Under the pieces are notes generated by a model, which saw nothing but the letters and a program-made list of their open reading frames with translations, was not told the origin of the DNA and did not search any database. Below are positions 35,903 through 45,457 of a DNA stretch of 64,000 nucleotides, piece after piece (within the stretch, counting starts at the first letter, position 1; each line of letters begins with the position of its first letter). The translations under genes and the position numbers were made by a program. Location of the stretch: contig JADZBE010000026.1 of assembly GCA_020852275.1 (NCBI GenBank), positions 192,338 through 256,337 of the forward strand, written 5' to 3'. Source of the stretch: Phycisphaerales bacterium. Lineage in GTDB: Bacteria > Planctomycetota > Phycisphaerae > UBA1845.

Positions 35903-36853
35903 ATGATTTCGGTCAAGAACCTGACGAAGCGGTACGGCGCGCTTCTGGCCGTGGACGACATCTCGTTCGACGTGGGCGAGGGTCAGATCGTCGGCTTCCT
36001 CGGTCCCAACGGCGCGGGCAAGAGCACGACGATCCGCATTCTGACGTGCTATCACCCGGCCACGAGCGGACAGGCGTCGATCGCCGGTTACGATGTGTTT
36101 ACGCAGTCGGTGGACGTCCGGCGTCAGATCGGCTACCTGCCGGAATCCGCGCCGTTGTACCCCGAGATGCGCGTGCGCGAATACCTGCAATTCCGCGGCA
36201 AGCTGCACGGCATGGACCGCGCGCAGCGCGACAAGGCCATCCAGCGGGTGACGGACCGCTGCTGGCTGGGGGAGTTCGTGGACCGCCCGATCGGGCAGCT
36301 TTCCAAGGGCATGCGCCAGCGCGTGGGTCTTGCGGACGCGATGCTGCACAACCCGAAGGTGCTGATTCTGGACGAACCGACGATCGGTCTGGACCCGACG
36401 CAGATTCAAGAGCAGCGCAAGCTGATCCGTGAACTGGGGCAATCGCACACGATTCTGTTCAGCTCGCACACGCTGGGCGAGGTCGAGAAGGTCTGCTCGC
36501 ACGTGCTCGTCATCGCGTCGGGGCGCATCCTGGCGCGCGGCGCGCCGGAGAAGCTGCGCGACAGCGTCAGCGCGGGGTCGCGGCTGATCGCGGAGATGCG
36601 CGGACCGGCGGAGGACATTCGTCGCGGCGTCAGCAGCCTGGGCGGGGTGAGGAAAGTGGGCGTCGAGTCTCAAGACGGCTGGACGCGGCTGAGCATCGAG
36701 GCCAACGAAGGCTCGGACGTGCGCGAGCCGCTGTTTCAGCTTTCGTCGTCGAAGGGGTGGCCTCTGCGGGAGCTGCGCCGCGAGGTGGCCAGCCTGGAAG
36801 ATTTCTTCGTCAAGATCACGGCGGAGCAGCGTGCCGCGGCCGGGAAGGGCTAG
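35903..36853 (+). CDS. ABC transporter ATP-binding protein (ABC-2/GldA-like)
   Basis: Walker A GPNGAGKST, signature LSKGMRQRV, Walker B VLILDEPT. Confidence 0.9.
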   Translation: MISVKNLTKRYGALLAVDDISFDVGEGQIVGFLGPNGAGKSTTIRILTCYHPATSGQASIAGYDVFTQSVDVRRQIGYLPESAPLYPEMRVREYLQFRGKLHGMDRAQRDKAIQRVTDRCWLGEFVDRPIGQLSKGMRQRVGLADAMLHNPKVLILDEPTIGLDPTQIQEQRKLIRELGQSHTILFSSHTLGEVEKVCSHVLVIASGRILARGAPEKLRDSVSAGSRLIAEMRGPAEDIRRGVSSLGGVRKVGVESQDGWTRLSIEANEGSDVREPLFQLSSSKGWPLRELRREVASLEDFFVKITAEQRAAAGKG

Positions 36854-36982
36854 GCGGCACAGCGAATTCGGGCGGCGGGGCAGGCTCGATCGGCAGGTCG
36901 CGCCGGGAAGTGTGGCTAGGCGTTATCAATTCTGGCTGGCAGCTAGCAGCTTCCAGCCAGCAGCCTCTTTCGGATCCGTTTC

Positions 36983-37705
36983 ATGCGTAAGTCGATGGTC
37001 ATCATGCAGCGCGAGCTGGGGGCGTACTTTTTCTCCCCGATCGCTTACGTCGTGCTGGCGCTGTTTCTGGGTTTGAGCGGGTATCTCTTCTCGAGTTTCG
37101 TCTTCACGGCGGGCGGGGAGGCGTCGCTGCGCAACCTGCTCGACGGCTGGGCGATGCCGATCATGCTGCTGTTCTTCCTCAGCCTGTTGGGGATGCGGCT
37201 GCTCAGCGAGGAGTTCCGCATGGGCACGGTGGAAACGCTGCTGACCGCGCCGGTGACGGAGGCGGAGGTGGTGTTCGGCAAGTTCCTCGGCGCCGGGGCG
37301 TTCTATCTCATCATGCTCGCCACGACGCTGGTGTTCGGGCTGTTCATCTCCCTGTACGGACGGCTGGATCCGCTGCTGCTGCTGTGTCATTACCTTGCCC
37401 TCATCATGCTCGGCGCGTTGTACATCTCGGTGGGGCTGTTCTTCTCCGCGTGGACGAAGAACCAGCTCGTGGCCGGGCTGCTGTCGATGGTGTTCCTGCT
37501 GTTGTTCAGCGTGCTGGCGCAGCTCGTGGCCGACTCGCTGGAGGGCTGGCTTAAGGCCGTGTTTCAGCATTTGTCGATCGTGACGCACTACTCGGAGATG
37601 ATCCGGGGCCGGCTGGGGTTCAACCATGTGGTGTACTTCCTGACGACGACGGCGTTCTTTCTGTTCGCGACGGTGAAGGTGTTGGAGTCTCGACGATGGC
37701 GGTGA
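36983..37705 (+). CDS. ABC-2 type transporter permease (GldF-like)
   Basis: Six hydrophobic segments. The N-terminus MQRELGAYFFSPIAYVVLALFLGLSGYLF is typical of the ABC-2 permease subfamily found with GldA/GldG. Confidence 0.8.
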   Translation: MRKSMVIMQRELGAYFFSPIAYVVLALFLGLSGYLFSSFVFTAGGEASLRNLLDGWAMPIMLLFFLSLLGMRLLSEEFRMGTVETLLTAPVTEAEVVFGKFLGAGAFYLIMLATTLVFGLFISLYGRLDPLLLLCHYLALIMLGALYISVGLFFSAWTKNQLVAGLLSMVFLLLFSVLAQLVADSLEGWLKAVFQHLSIVTHYSEMIRGRLGFNHVVYFLTTTAFFLFATVKVLESRRWR

Positions 37706-39861
37706 AAGAAGGAGCTTCGGCGTCGAAGGCGGGGGTGGATCCGCAGGGTCGGCGCGTGCTGATCGGCGCCAATGTGGCGCTGACGGTGGTGCTGGCCGGC
37801 GCGATCCTGGCTTTCCTCCAGTGGATGGGCACGATGGGCGGCTTCGTGGACATGACCACGACGTCGATCAACAGCCTCAGCGAGCCGACGCAGCAGCTCC
37901 TGTCCGACCTGGACACGAACGTGCGGCTCACGTCGCTCTATTTCGAGACGGACGTGGAGAACGAGGACCAGAAGAAGTACCGCACGGCCGTGAGCGACCT
38001 GGTGGCGCTGTACGAGGCGACGAACCGCTCGAAGGTCACGCGCGACGCGATCAACCCGCTGCAGGATCATGAGAAGCGCCGGGCGATGCTGGCGCGGCTC
38101 AAGGAAAAGTCGCGGTTCAAGGAGCAGGTGGTCAAGCAGACGGCGGCGTTCGATGCATTCCGCGACGAGGTTCAGCCGAAGATCGCGGAATGGTTGACCG
38201 GCGAAATGGCGCTGATCGAAACACTTTCCGGCGGACTGGGCGGCGGGGGGGACCGGCTGGTGGCGCAGATCCGGCAGCTGCTCTCAGGCCTGCAGCAGGA
38301 GATGGAGGACGTTCAGCGCACGGTCACCGAGATGGTGACCGCCGAGTCCCCCGCGTACTCGCAGGCCAAGAGCGAGCTGCGCCAGTTCTACGACCGGCTG
38401 CACAAGAACCTGGAGACGGTGGCGCAGAAAGGCCCGGAATACGCGCTGAAGTCGCGGAACACGCTGGGTCAGGCGGAGGTCGATTATCTCAGCGGCGCGA
38501 AGGACCGGTATCGCGCGATCACGGAGGAGATCGCCTCCCGGCGGGACGAGCTGGACAAGGCGGACCGCGTCGAGCTGGAAGACGTGCTGCAGGCGATGGG
38601 TCCAACGTCCAACCCCATCCTCGTCGAGACGGATGACGACGCGAAAATCGTGGACTTCAACGATGTCTGGCCCGCGGCGCGCGAGGGCGGCATGGGTCGC
38701 AGCCCCGGCTTCAACGAGCGCGGCTTCAAGGGGGAAGAGAAACTGACCTCCGCCATTCTGCGCGCGACGCACAAGGAGCAGACGGCCGTCGTCTTCGTGC
38801 ATTTTGGGGGTCCGCCGCTGTTCTTCGGCGGGATGCAGGGTCTGCCGCCGGCGCCGTACGCGCAGATGAAGCAGGTGCTGGAAGACGCCAACTTCATGGT
38901 CAGCGACTGGGACTTGAAAGCGGCGAAGGAGCTGCCGGCGCTGGATCCGAAGCCCACGCGCATCATCTTCATCGTGCTCAAGCCGACGCCGCCGCAGCAG
39001 GGGCAGTTCGGGCAGCCTCCGCAGGAGCCGGCGTTCAGCGAGGTGGAAGAGGAGGTCCTGCTGGGCGCGCTCAAAGAGAACCCCCGCGCGATGTTCATCG
39101 CCGGCTGGCACCCGGAGCAGATGGGCCCGATGGGTCCGATGCCCGGCGGCGGATACGAATTCAACGACTACCTGGAAAAAGAGTGGGGGCTGAAGATCGA
39201 TACCGGCATCTTCGTGATGAAATTCCGCAGCGTGGCGCCGGGGCAGTACCAGGCCGATCGCGGCACGGGCGTGATGCAGGACGTGGAGCTGGCGGACCAC
39301 GTGATCGTGTCGCGGCTGCACTCGGACCCGATGCTGCTGCCGTCGTGCTGCCCGCTGACGAGGGCGCCGGCGGTGGCGGGGGTCACGCTGCGTCCGCTGG
39401 TGACCGCGCCGGGGGACGACGGGCTGTGGGGCGTGAAGGATCTGAACAAGTATCGAGAGCAGTTGCCGCCGGCGCAGGACTACTTCACCAAGGTGGAAGG
39501 GGATTTGGACGGGCCGTTCGACTTGGCAGTGGCGGGCGAAAAGGGCGCGGCGAAGATCGTGGTGGTGGCGTCGAGCGACTTCGCCACGGACGAGGCGGCG
39601 CTGTCGCCGAGGATGATGATGACGTCGCAGGGCATCGCGTTCGGGATCATGAACCCGGGCAACTCGGCGCTGTTCATCAACGCCCTGCACTGGCTCAACG
39701 ACAACGAGTCGTACATGAATCTCGGCAAGCCCATCCAGATGCAGACGATTCAAGTCCCCGGACCGGGCACGGTGAAGACGGTGCACGCGCTGGCGATGGT
39801 AGGCTGGCCGCTCGCGGCGGTGGCGGCGGGGCTTGTCGTGATGTTCATTCGCCGAAGGTAG
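37696..39861 (+). CDS. GldG-family ABC-transporter auxiliary protein
   Basis: It overlaps the permease stop by 10 nt. It has N- and C-terminal TM anchors. KIVVVASSDFATDEAALSP...GNSALFINALHWLNDNES matches the GldG C-terminal pattern. Confidence 0.7.
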   Translation: MAVKEGASASKAGVDPQGRRVLIGANVALTVVLAGAILAFLQWMGTMGGFVDMTTTSINSLSEPTQQLLSDLDTNVRLTSLYFETDVENEDQKKYRTAVSDLVALYEATNRSKVTRDAINPLQDHEKRRAMLARLKEKSRFKEQVVKQTAAFDAFRDEVQPKIAEWLTGEMALIETLSGGLGGGGDRLVAQIRQLLSGLQQEMEDVQRTVTEMVTAESPAYSQAKSELRQFYDRLHKNLETVAQKGPEYALKSRNTLGQAEVDYLSGAKDRYRAITEEIASRRDELDKADRVELEDVLQAMGPTSNPILVETDDDAKIVDFNDVWPAAREGGMGRSPGFNERGFKGEEKLTSAILRATHKEQTAVVFVHFGGPPLFFGGMQGLPPAPYAQMKQVLEDANFMVSDWDLKAAKELPALDPKPTRIIFIVLKPTPPQQGQFGQPPQEPAFSEVEEEVLLGALKENPRAMFIAGWHPEQMGPMGPMPGGGYEFNDYLEKEWGLKIDTGIFVMKFRSVAPGQYQADRGTGVMQDVELADHVIVSRLHSDPMLLPSCCPLTRAPAVAGVTLRPLVTAPGDDGLWGVKDLNKYREQLPPAQDYFTKVEGDLDGPFDLAVAGEKGAAKIVVVASSDFATDEAALSPRMMMTSQGIAFGIMNPGNSALFINALHWLNDNESYMNLGKPIQMQTIQVPGPGTVKTVHALAMVGWPLAAVAAGLVVMFIRRR

Positions 39862-39960
39862 CTTGCGCGCCCGGCGCGCCCGATCCCGGAGTGCGGTGTG
39901 TTCGGGCGGCGCGGTTGTTTCGTGTTTTAGCGGCGGGAATGATCCCGCCTACGCATTGCC

Positions 39961-42639
39961 ATGAACCTGAAAACCACGTTTTTTCTTCTTGTCGTGCTGG
40001 CGGGTTGTGCCGTCTCGTACCTGATCTTCAAGCCCGATCCCGCGAAGATCCGCGAAGCGCGGTTGCAGAAACCTGAAGCCAAGTCAGCCGAGGACGCCGT
40101 CGAGCAGACGCTCCTCAAGGACGTCAAGCTTGGCGACATCGTCAAGGTGACGTGCAAGCTGGCTGCGCAGGCGGAGCCGTGGGTCTTCGAGAAGACGAAG
40201 GTCGACGACAAGGACGTCTGGGACATCACGTCCCCCCTGAAGGCGCGGGCGGCAAGCTGGCAGGTGGATTCGATCCACCGGCGCATGAGCGAGCTGCGCT
40301 ACGACATCTCGTACAAGGTCGGCGAGGGCGGTGTGACGCCGGCGGAGGCGGGGCTGGATGCGCCCACTGCCGTGGTCGCGATCACGGACAAGGACGGCAA
40401 ATCCGCGGCGGTGGAGATCGGCAAGAGCAACGGGCGCAATGAGACCTATGCGCGCATCGCGGGCGGCGACCGCATCATCGTCGCCACGACGAGCTTCGCC
40501 ACGTTCTTCAAGGACTCCATCCTCGAATACCGCGACAGCAAGCTGTTCGACTTCAAGGCGGAGGAAGCCGTGCGGCTTGAAGTGACCAGCCGCGTGGGCG
40601 AGCTGGAGAAGGCGCCGGTGACGTACGTGCTGGTCAAGGACGGCGAGGACTGGGTGTTCGAGTCACCGTTCTCGTGCAAGGCCACCGAGGAGGTCAAGAC
40701 GGCCATTACCACGCTCGCCGGAGTCCGCGTTTCCAAGTGGAAAGACAACGACCCCGCCAAGCTTCCGGTGTACGCGCTGGACAAGCCGGCCGTCTCGCTG
40801 GCGGTCACCGTTCGGAAGGAGAAGCCTGCCGAGAAGAAGGGCGCGGAGGGTGATGCGGCCGGGGATGCGGCGGAGGCGGCTGAGAATCCTGGCGAGGCCG
40901 TCGGAGAGCGAGCGGAGGACGCTGCGGGGGACAAGCCCGCCGAGCCGCCGGTGGTGGAGACCGCGGTCTATGCCCTGCACCTCTCCAGCGTCTCGCCGCT
41001 GGGTGAGGACACCAACCTTTACGTGCGCGTCGGGGATGAGGCCGCGGTGGGCACGGTTCCGAAGACCACGACGGACAAGCTGACGCCGGTGGAGTCCAAG
41101 TGGCGCGACATGCGCGTCAGCACGGCCAGCGCCGGGAAGGCGAACCGCGTTCAGGTGACCGTGGGCGGGCGCACGGCGGACCTGCTGGGCAAGAACGGGA
41201 AGTGGAGTTTTGCGGATTCGTCGGCGCCGGCGGATGAAGACGCGGTCAAGGACGTTCTCAAGGCCGTCGCGAGTCTGAACGCCAAGGCCTTCGTCGCGCT
41301 GAAAGCGGGCGAAGAAGGCTCGATGGGGCTGGCCGCGCCGGAGGCGGTGGTGACGCTCACGATTCCCGGTCAGGACCAGCCGGAGCGCATCACGATCGGC
41401 GGCCCGTCCGACGGGGATTTGAAGCGCATGTTCTACGTCCGCCGCAACGACTCGTCTTCGGTCGCCAAGGTCCGGGCGGAGGACCTCAAGAGCCTGCTGC
41501 GCCCGATCACCGATTTCCGCAGCCGCGAGGTTTTTTCGCTGGCCGGCGGGCAGATTCAACAGCTTGAGCTGAGCTACGCGAACCCGGTGGCGGACGGGCG
41601 AATGGACACGGCGTTCGAGCGCACCTCCGAGGGCGTGTGGAAGATGACGCGCCCGGTTGCCGCCGGCGTGGCCAAGGAGCGGCTGGAGAAGCTGGCGGAT
41701 TCCTTCAAGAGCCTGAAGGGAAAGCGGTACGTTGGCGAGGGTGAAGACCTGGCCAGGTACGGGCTGGCTTCGCCGGCGGCGACGGTGAAGCTCACGTATG
41801 TGCCCTCCGCGGGATCCGCCGCGGCATCGCCCGCTGCTGGATCCTCCGCTGCAGAATCGTCTGCCGGGCCTGCTGCGCAGTCCGAAGACGTCGCGGTCGA
41901 TCCGAAGGCGCCGAAGACGAAGGACAAGGCCGACAAGAAAGACAAGCCGAAGGAGGAGAAGGACAAGAAGCCCGGAAAGGGCGGCCCTTATCAGGAACCA
42001 CCGGCGGACGCCGGGAAGCCTGCTGAAACGTCCGCCGAGGCAGGCGAAGGTGCGGAGTCCGCTTCAGCAATGGTCGCGCCTGCGACCCCGCAGACGGTGC
42101 AATTTCTCGCCGGTGAGGCGGCTGAGAAGTTCTACCTGAAGCGGTCCGATGCCGCGGCCGTGTACGAAATCGAGAAGGACTTCTACGACAAGCTCCGAGA
42201 CGAATACCGCGCCGAGAAGGTCTTGGATTTCACCGACAGTCAGGCGACCGCGTTCAGCATCCGATCCGGCGCCACGACCCGCGCTTTCGAGAAACGGGAG
42301 GGCAAGTGGGTGCTGGCCGCAGAGCCGGACCTTCCGCTCGATGCCAAGGCCGTGGGGGCGCTGCTGGTAAACGTGGCCGACCTGAAGACCACGCGGTATG
42401 TGCAGTACGGCGTGTCCGACTTGAGCGCGTTTGGACTGACCCAGCCGGCCACACAGGTGAGCGTCACGCTGGACGACGGGACGAAGCTTGAGCTTCTCAT
42501 CGCCGACAAGACGTGCGAGAGGGACGCCTCGAAGCGCGTGTACGCCTCTCGCGGCGGGCAGGGCGAGGTCTTCCTGCTGGGGTCGGACATGGTTCAGCGC
42601 CTCGAGGTGAAGATTGAAACGCTTGAGGCGAAGGAGTGA
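39961..42639 (+). CDS. DUF4340-like protein, unusually long (892 aa) with a low-complexity A/S/K/E/P insert
   Basis: N-terminal anchor MNLKTTFFLLVVLAGCAVSYLIF. Its position after GldG is the usual DUF4340 context. The low-complexity stretch lies at roughly nt 41800-42080 (SAGSAAASPAAGSSAAESS...KDKADKKDKPKEEKDKKPGKG). Confidence 0.6.
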   Translation: MNLKTTFFLLVVLAGCAVSYLIFKPDPAKIREARLQKPEAKSAEDAVEQTLLKDVKLGDIVKVTCKLAAQAEPWVFEKTKVDDKDVWDITSPLKARAASWQVDSIHRRMSELRYDISYKVGEGGVTPAEAGLDAPTAVVAITDKDGKSAAVEIGKSNGRNETYARIAGGDRIIVATTSFATFFKDSILEYRDSKLFDFKAEEAVRLEVTSRVGELEKAPVTYVLVKDGEDWVFESPFSCKATEEVKTAITTLAGVRVSKWKDNDPAKLPVYALDKPAVSLAVTVRKEKPAEKKGAEGDAAGDAAEAAENPGEAVGERAEDAAGDKPAEPPVVETAVYALHLSSVSPLGEDTNLYVRVGDEAAVGTVPKTTTDKLTPVESKWRDMRVSTASAGKANRVQVTVGGRTADLLGKNGKWSFADSSAPADEDAVKDVLKAVASLNAKAFVALKAGEEGSMGLAAPEAVVTLTIPGQDQPERITIGGPSDGDLKRMFYVRRNDSSSVAKVRAEDLKSLLRPITDFRSREVFSLAGGQIQQLELSYANPVADGRMDTAFERTSEGVWKMTRPVAAGVAKERLEKLADSFKSLKGKRYVGEGEDLARYGLASPAATVKLTYVPSAGSAAASPAAGSSAAESSAGPAAQSEDVAVDPKAPKTKDKADKKDKPKEEKDKKPGKGGPYQEPPADAGKPAETSAEAGEGAESASAMVAPATPQTVQFLAGEAAEKFYLKRSDAAAVYEIEKDFYDKLRDEYRAEKVLDFTDSQATAFSIRSGATTRAFEKREGKWVLAAEPDLPLDAKAVGALLVNVADLKTTRYVQYGVSDLSAFGLTQPATQVSVTLDDGTKLELLIADKTCERDASKRVYASRGGQGEVFLLGSDMVQRLEVKIETLEAKE

Positions 42640-42694
42640 TCGAGCGGATTCACCAAGGCTGTGAGGTGTAACCGTCATCCGCGGCGGGCTGCGG

Positions 42695-42810
42695 AGTTTG
42701 GCGCGCTCGTCAAGCCGAGGGGTGTGAGTCACCGACCCACGCTTGTGAACCCCACGGGTCCGCTGCTGCGGACCCGTGCCACCCGACGCTGCTGCGGACC
42801 CGTCACGCCC
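42695..42810 (+). repeat. REP-like element family R1 (degenerate) with perfect hairpin
   Basis: ggcgcgctcgtcaagccgagg (degenerate left block). Hairpin cacgggtccgc-tgct-gcggacccgtg at 42753-42778. A partial re-duplication gctgctgcggacccgtcac follows. Confidence 0.75.
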
Positions 42811-42874
42811 GCCGCCGTTGTCCTTCTCACCATGCGATTGCCCCGGAATCCGCCACGATTTCATCACTTTTTTC

Positions 42875-42903
42875 TTGACGTGCGCGCGCACGCTGGATAC
42901 ATT
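42875..42903 (+). promoter_or_regulatory. candidate sigma-70 type promoter for the LysM gene
   Basis: TTGACG-N17-TACATT, preceded by a T-run, about 125 nt upstream of the ATG at 43028. Confidence 0.35.
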
Positions 42904-43027
42904 CCAGCACCGGGGGACTTGGCGCCTCTGATTCCAGCCTTTTCGCAGCAGATCAGAGCACCCCGCCCATCGTCGGTTCGTTCTCGCGTCATGTCGTGAC
43001 GGCGCGGTCTCAAGGAAAGGGAAACCC

Positions 43028-44146
43028 ATGAGCAAGGAAGTCAAGCTGGGAGTTGCACTCGCCGGTCTGGTTGTGGTTACGCTGGGTCTTTACGTCAAGT
43101 ACGGGGGCAAGTCCGATCCGGGGCAGGTGCAGATCCAACCCTCTGCGCAGGGCAAGCCCGACGCCAAGCCTGGCCTCAGGCCGAGCGAAACCGGCACGCC
43201 TTCGCCTTCCTCCAAGGGAACGAAACTCGTGGATCGCGGTTCCGGTGCAAACAAGCCTGCCGCTCCTGAATCCGCGCCGACTTCGCACGGTTCGCCGCCG
43301 GCCGCAAAACCCGCCGACGCCACGACCGAAAAGGACGCGCCCAGCTCCACCAAAGAGGAAACGCTGCTGGCGGGCAAGGACGACCTGGACAATCAGCCTG
43401 CCGACGGTCCGCCGGGTGAAGCCGCGCCGGGCGGCGTTCCGACGCTCAAGGATCTGCGGCTCGCGTCCGGCGAAGAGAGCGGCGCAGGGACCGCCCCCTC
43501 AACGACGCCGCCCGCGGGCGATCCCGCAGCCGCACCGCCGGCGGCGGCAACGGGCGATGCTTCCAAGACGGATGCATCCGGCACAAATCCCGGGTCCTCC
43601 GCGCAGCCCGGCGCGACCGGATCGCCGGCCGCGGCGATGGAGTATTACCAGGTTCAGCCGGGAGACACCTACGCGCGCATCGCCAGGATGTACTACGGCA
43701 GCGAGCGACACGCGGAGTTCCTGCGCACGTCAAATGCGGACATTTTCAACGGGGGTCCGCTGCGCGACGGCGTGCGGATCCGCATTCCCGCCCTACCCTC
43801 CCCAGGCGCTCCGGCGCTCGCCTCGGCCCTCGGCAATCAGCCCGCCGATGGCGCAAGGCCGGGCGAGTCTGGAAAGCCAGGCACCGCGCCGCCGAAGCCC
43901 GGCGCCGCCGGGGCTAAGGGTGCTTCCGGCAAGCCCGCGCCGAAAGCCGCCGGTGCGGGGACTCCCGCTGGAGGCGCGGGACGGACGCATCTCGTCAGGG
44001 CGGGCGAGACGTTTTACACCATCGCCAAGCGGGAACTGGGAAGCGCGGGACGTTGGAAGGAGCTGCTGGCGCTGAACCACGATCTGGTGGACGGGGAGCC
44101 GAAGAACCTCCGCGCCGGGCATGTGCTCAAGATGCCCAACAGCTGA
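43028..44146 (+). CDS. membrane-anchored protein with a Pro/Ala-rich linker and two LysM domains
   Basis: TM segment VALAGLVVVTLGLYV. LysM 1 is YYQVQPGDTYARIARMYYGSERHAEFLRTSN...RIRIP. LysM 2 is THLVRAGETFYTIAKRELGSAGRWKELLALN...GHVLKMP. Confidence 0.8.
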   Translation: MSKEVKLGVALAGLVVVTLGLYVKYGGKSDPGQVQIQPSAQGKPDAKPGLRPSETGTPSPSSKGTKLVDRGSGANKPAAPESAPTSHGSPPAAKPADATTEKDAPSSTKEETLLAGKDDLDNQPADGPPGEAAPGGVPTLKDLRLASGEESGAGTAPSTTPPAGDPAAAPPAAATGDASKTDASGTNPGSSAQPGATGSPAAAMEYYQVQPGDTYARIARMYYGSERHAEFLRTSNADIFNGGPLRDGVRIRIPALPSPGAPALASALGNQPADGARPGESGKPGTAPPKPGAAGAKGASGKPAPKAAGAGTPAGGAGRTHLVRAGETFYTIAKRELGSAGRWKELLALNHDLVDGEPKNLRAGHVLKMPNS

Positions 44147-44257
44147 CAGCCTGTGGTGGAGTTCGAAACGGAACAGGGGGTCTGTCACCCCCGCACGCGC
44201 GCGGGTCCAGTCTCCCCAGGAAAACCGCTGCATTCGCGCCTCCTTGCAGGCCGTCTG

Positions 44258-44285
44258 TTGGATTCCTGTCTTCGCGGGAATGACG
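44258..44285 (+). repeat. REP-like hairpin family R2 (long form shares about 90 bp with the 50085-50173 copy)
   Basis: ttggattcctgtcttcgcgggaatgacg. The upstream context gggtccagtctccccaggaaaaccgctgcattcgcgcctccttgcagg parallels ggggtccagtccgcccgggaggactgcggcattcgtgcctcgtcgcaagc at about 50085. Confidence 0.75.
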
Positions 44286-44352
44286 AGCGTCGCGCTTTGC
44301 CGGCGACCGCCAGTGGTGCGCCGCGCGGTCAGCGGACGCGCGGCCGTGACGC

Positions 44353-45450
44353 ATGACTCCCATCGAACGCAACGCTTGGGTAAAACGACTGGCTGCGGAC
44401 GTGGGCCTCGACCGATGCGGAGTATCGCGGGCGGCGCCGGTGGCGCGCGGCGACTACGTGCGCCAGTGGCTTGAGGCCGGGCGCGCCGGTTCGATGCACT
44501 ACCTGCATCGATTTTTGCGGCAGCGGCTCGATCCATGCACCTTTCTCGAAGGCGCGGCCAGCGTGGTGATGGTAGCCCTCAACCACCATCAACCTCCCCT
44601 TAAGCCCCCCCCCTCCCGTGCGGAGGACTGCTCCGTTGCCCGATCACCGGACCCCCATGCACCGCTTTCTGGGCAGTCGCCTCCGCGAAGTGAACGGGAG
44701 CAAGGCGTCCCCGGGCGCATCGCCATGTACGCCTGGGGCGAGGACTATCACGACGTGATGAAGCGCAAGCTGGCGTTGATTGCCGAGTCTTTGCGAGAAG
44801 AAGGGCTGGCCGACGGCAGACCGGCCGCGGTGAAAATCTGCGTGGACACGGCGCCGCTGCTGGAACGGGAGTTTGCCGCGGCCGCGGGGCTGGGGTGGAT
44901 CGGCAAGAACACGCTGGTGCTCGCGCCCGGGCTGGGCAGCATGTTCTTCCTCGGCGCGGTGGTGACTTCGTTGGAGATTGCCGCGGACCCGCTGATCCCG
45001 GACCACTGCGGGACGTGCAGGCGCTGCCTCGACGCGTGCCCGACGCAGGCGTTCCCCGCGCCGTATCAGATGGACGCTTCGCGGTGCATCTCATACCTGA
45101 CCATCGAGCATCGCGGCGCGATTCCAGACGAGTTGCGCTCGGGCATCGGCGAGTGGCTGTTCGGCTGCGACATTTGTCAGGAAGTCTGCCCGTTCAACCG
45201 GGACGCCCCGCCGACGCGCGAGCCGGCGTTTGCCCCGCGAAGCCATGCCCCGACCTTGGATGCGCAGCGCGTGCTGGAGTGGACGCCGCCGCAGTATCAG
45301 GAGGCGCTGCGCGGCACGGCCGTGCGGCGGGCGAAGCTGGACATGCTCCAGCGCAATGCGAGCATCGTCCTGGCGAATCAGGCCTCCGCGGCCCAACAGG
45401 CGGATTCGGCCGCAGCGGCCGCTTCACCGGGGTGCGCAAGCGACCGATAA
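44353..45450 (+). CDS. queG: epoxyqueuosine reductase
   Basis: IAMYAWGEDYHDVMKRKL, DTAPLLEREFAAAAGLGWIGKNTLVL, two 4Fe-4S motifs CGTCRRCLDACP and CDICQEVCP, and ISYLTIEHRG. Confidence 0.85.
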   Translation: MTPIERNAWVKRLAADVGLDRCGVSRAAPVARGDYVRQWLEAGRAGSMHYLHRFLRQRLDPCTFLEGAASVVMVALNHHQPPLKPPPSRAEDCSVARSPDPHAPLSGQSPPRSEREQGVPGRIAMYAWGEDYHDVMKRKLALIAESLREEGLADGRPAAVKICVDTAPLLEREFAAAAGLGWIGKNTLVLAPGLGSMFFLGAVVTSLEIAADPLIPDHCGTCRRCLDACPTQAFPAPYQMDASRCISYLTIEHRGAIPDELRSGIGEWLFGCDICQEVCPFNRDAPPTREPAFAPRSHAPTLDAQRVLEWTPPQYQEALRGTAVRRAKLDMLQRNASIVLANQASAAQQADSAAAAASPGCASDR

Positions 45451-45457
45451 GCCCAAA

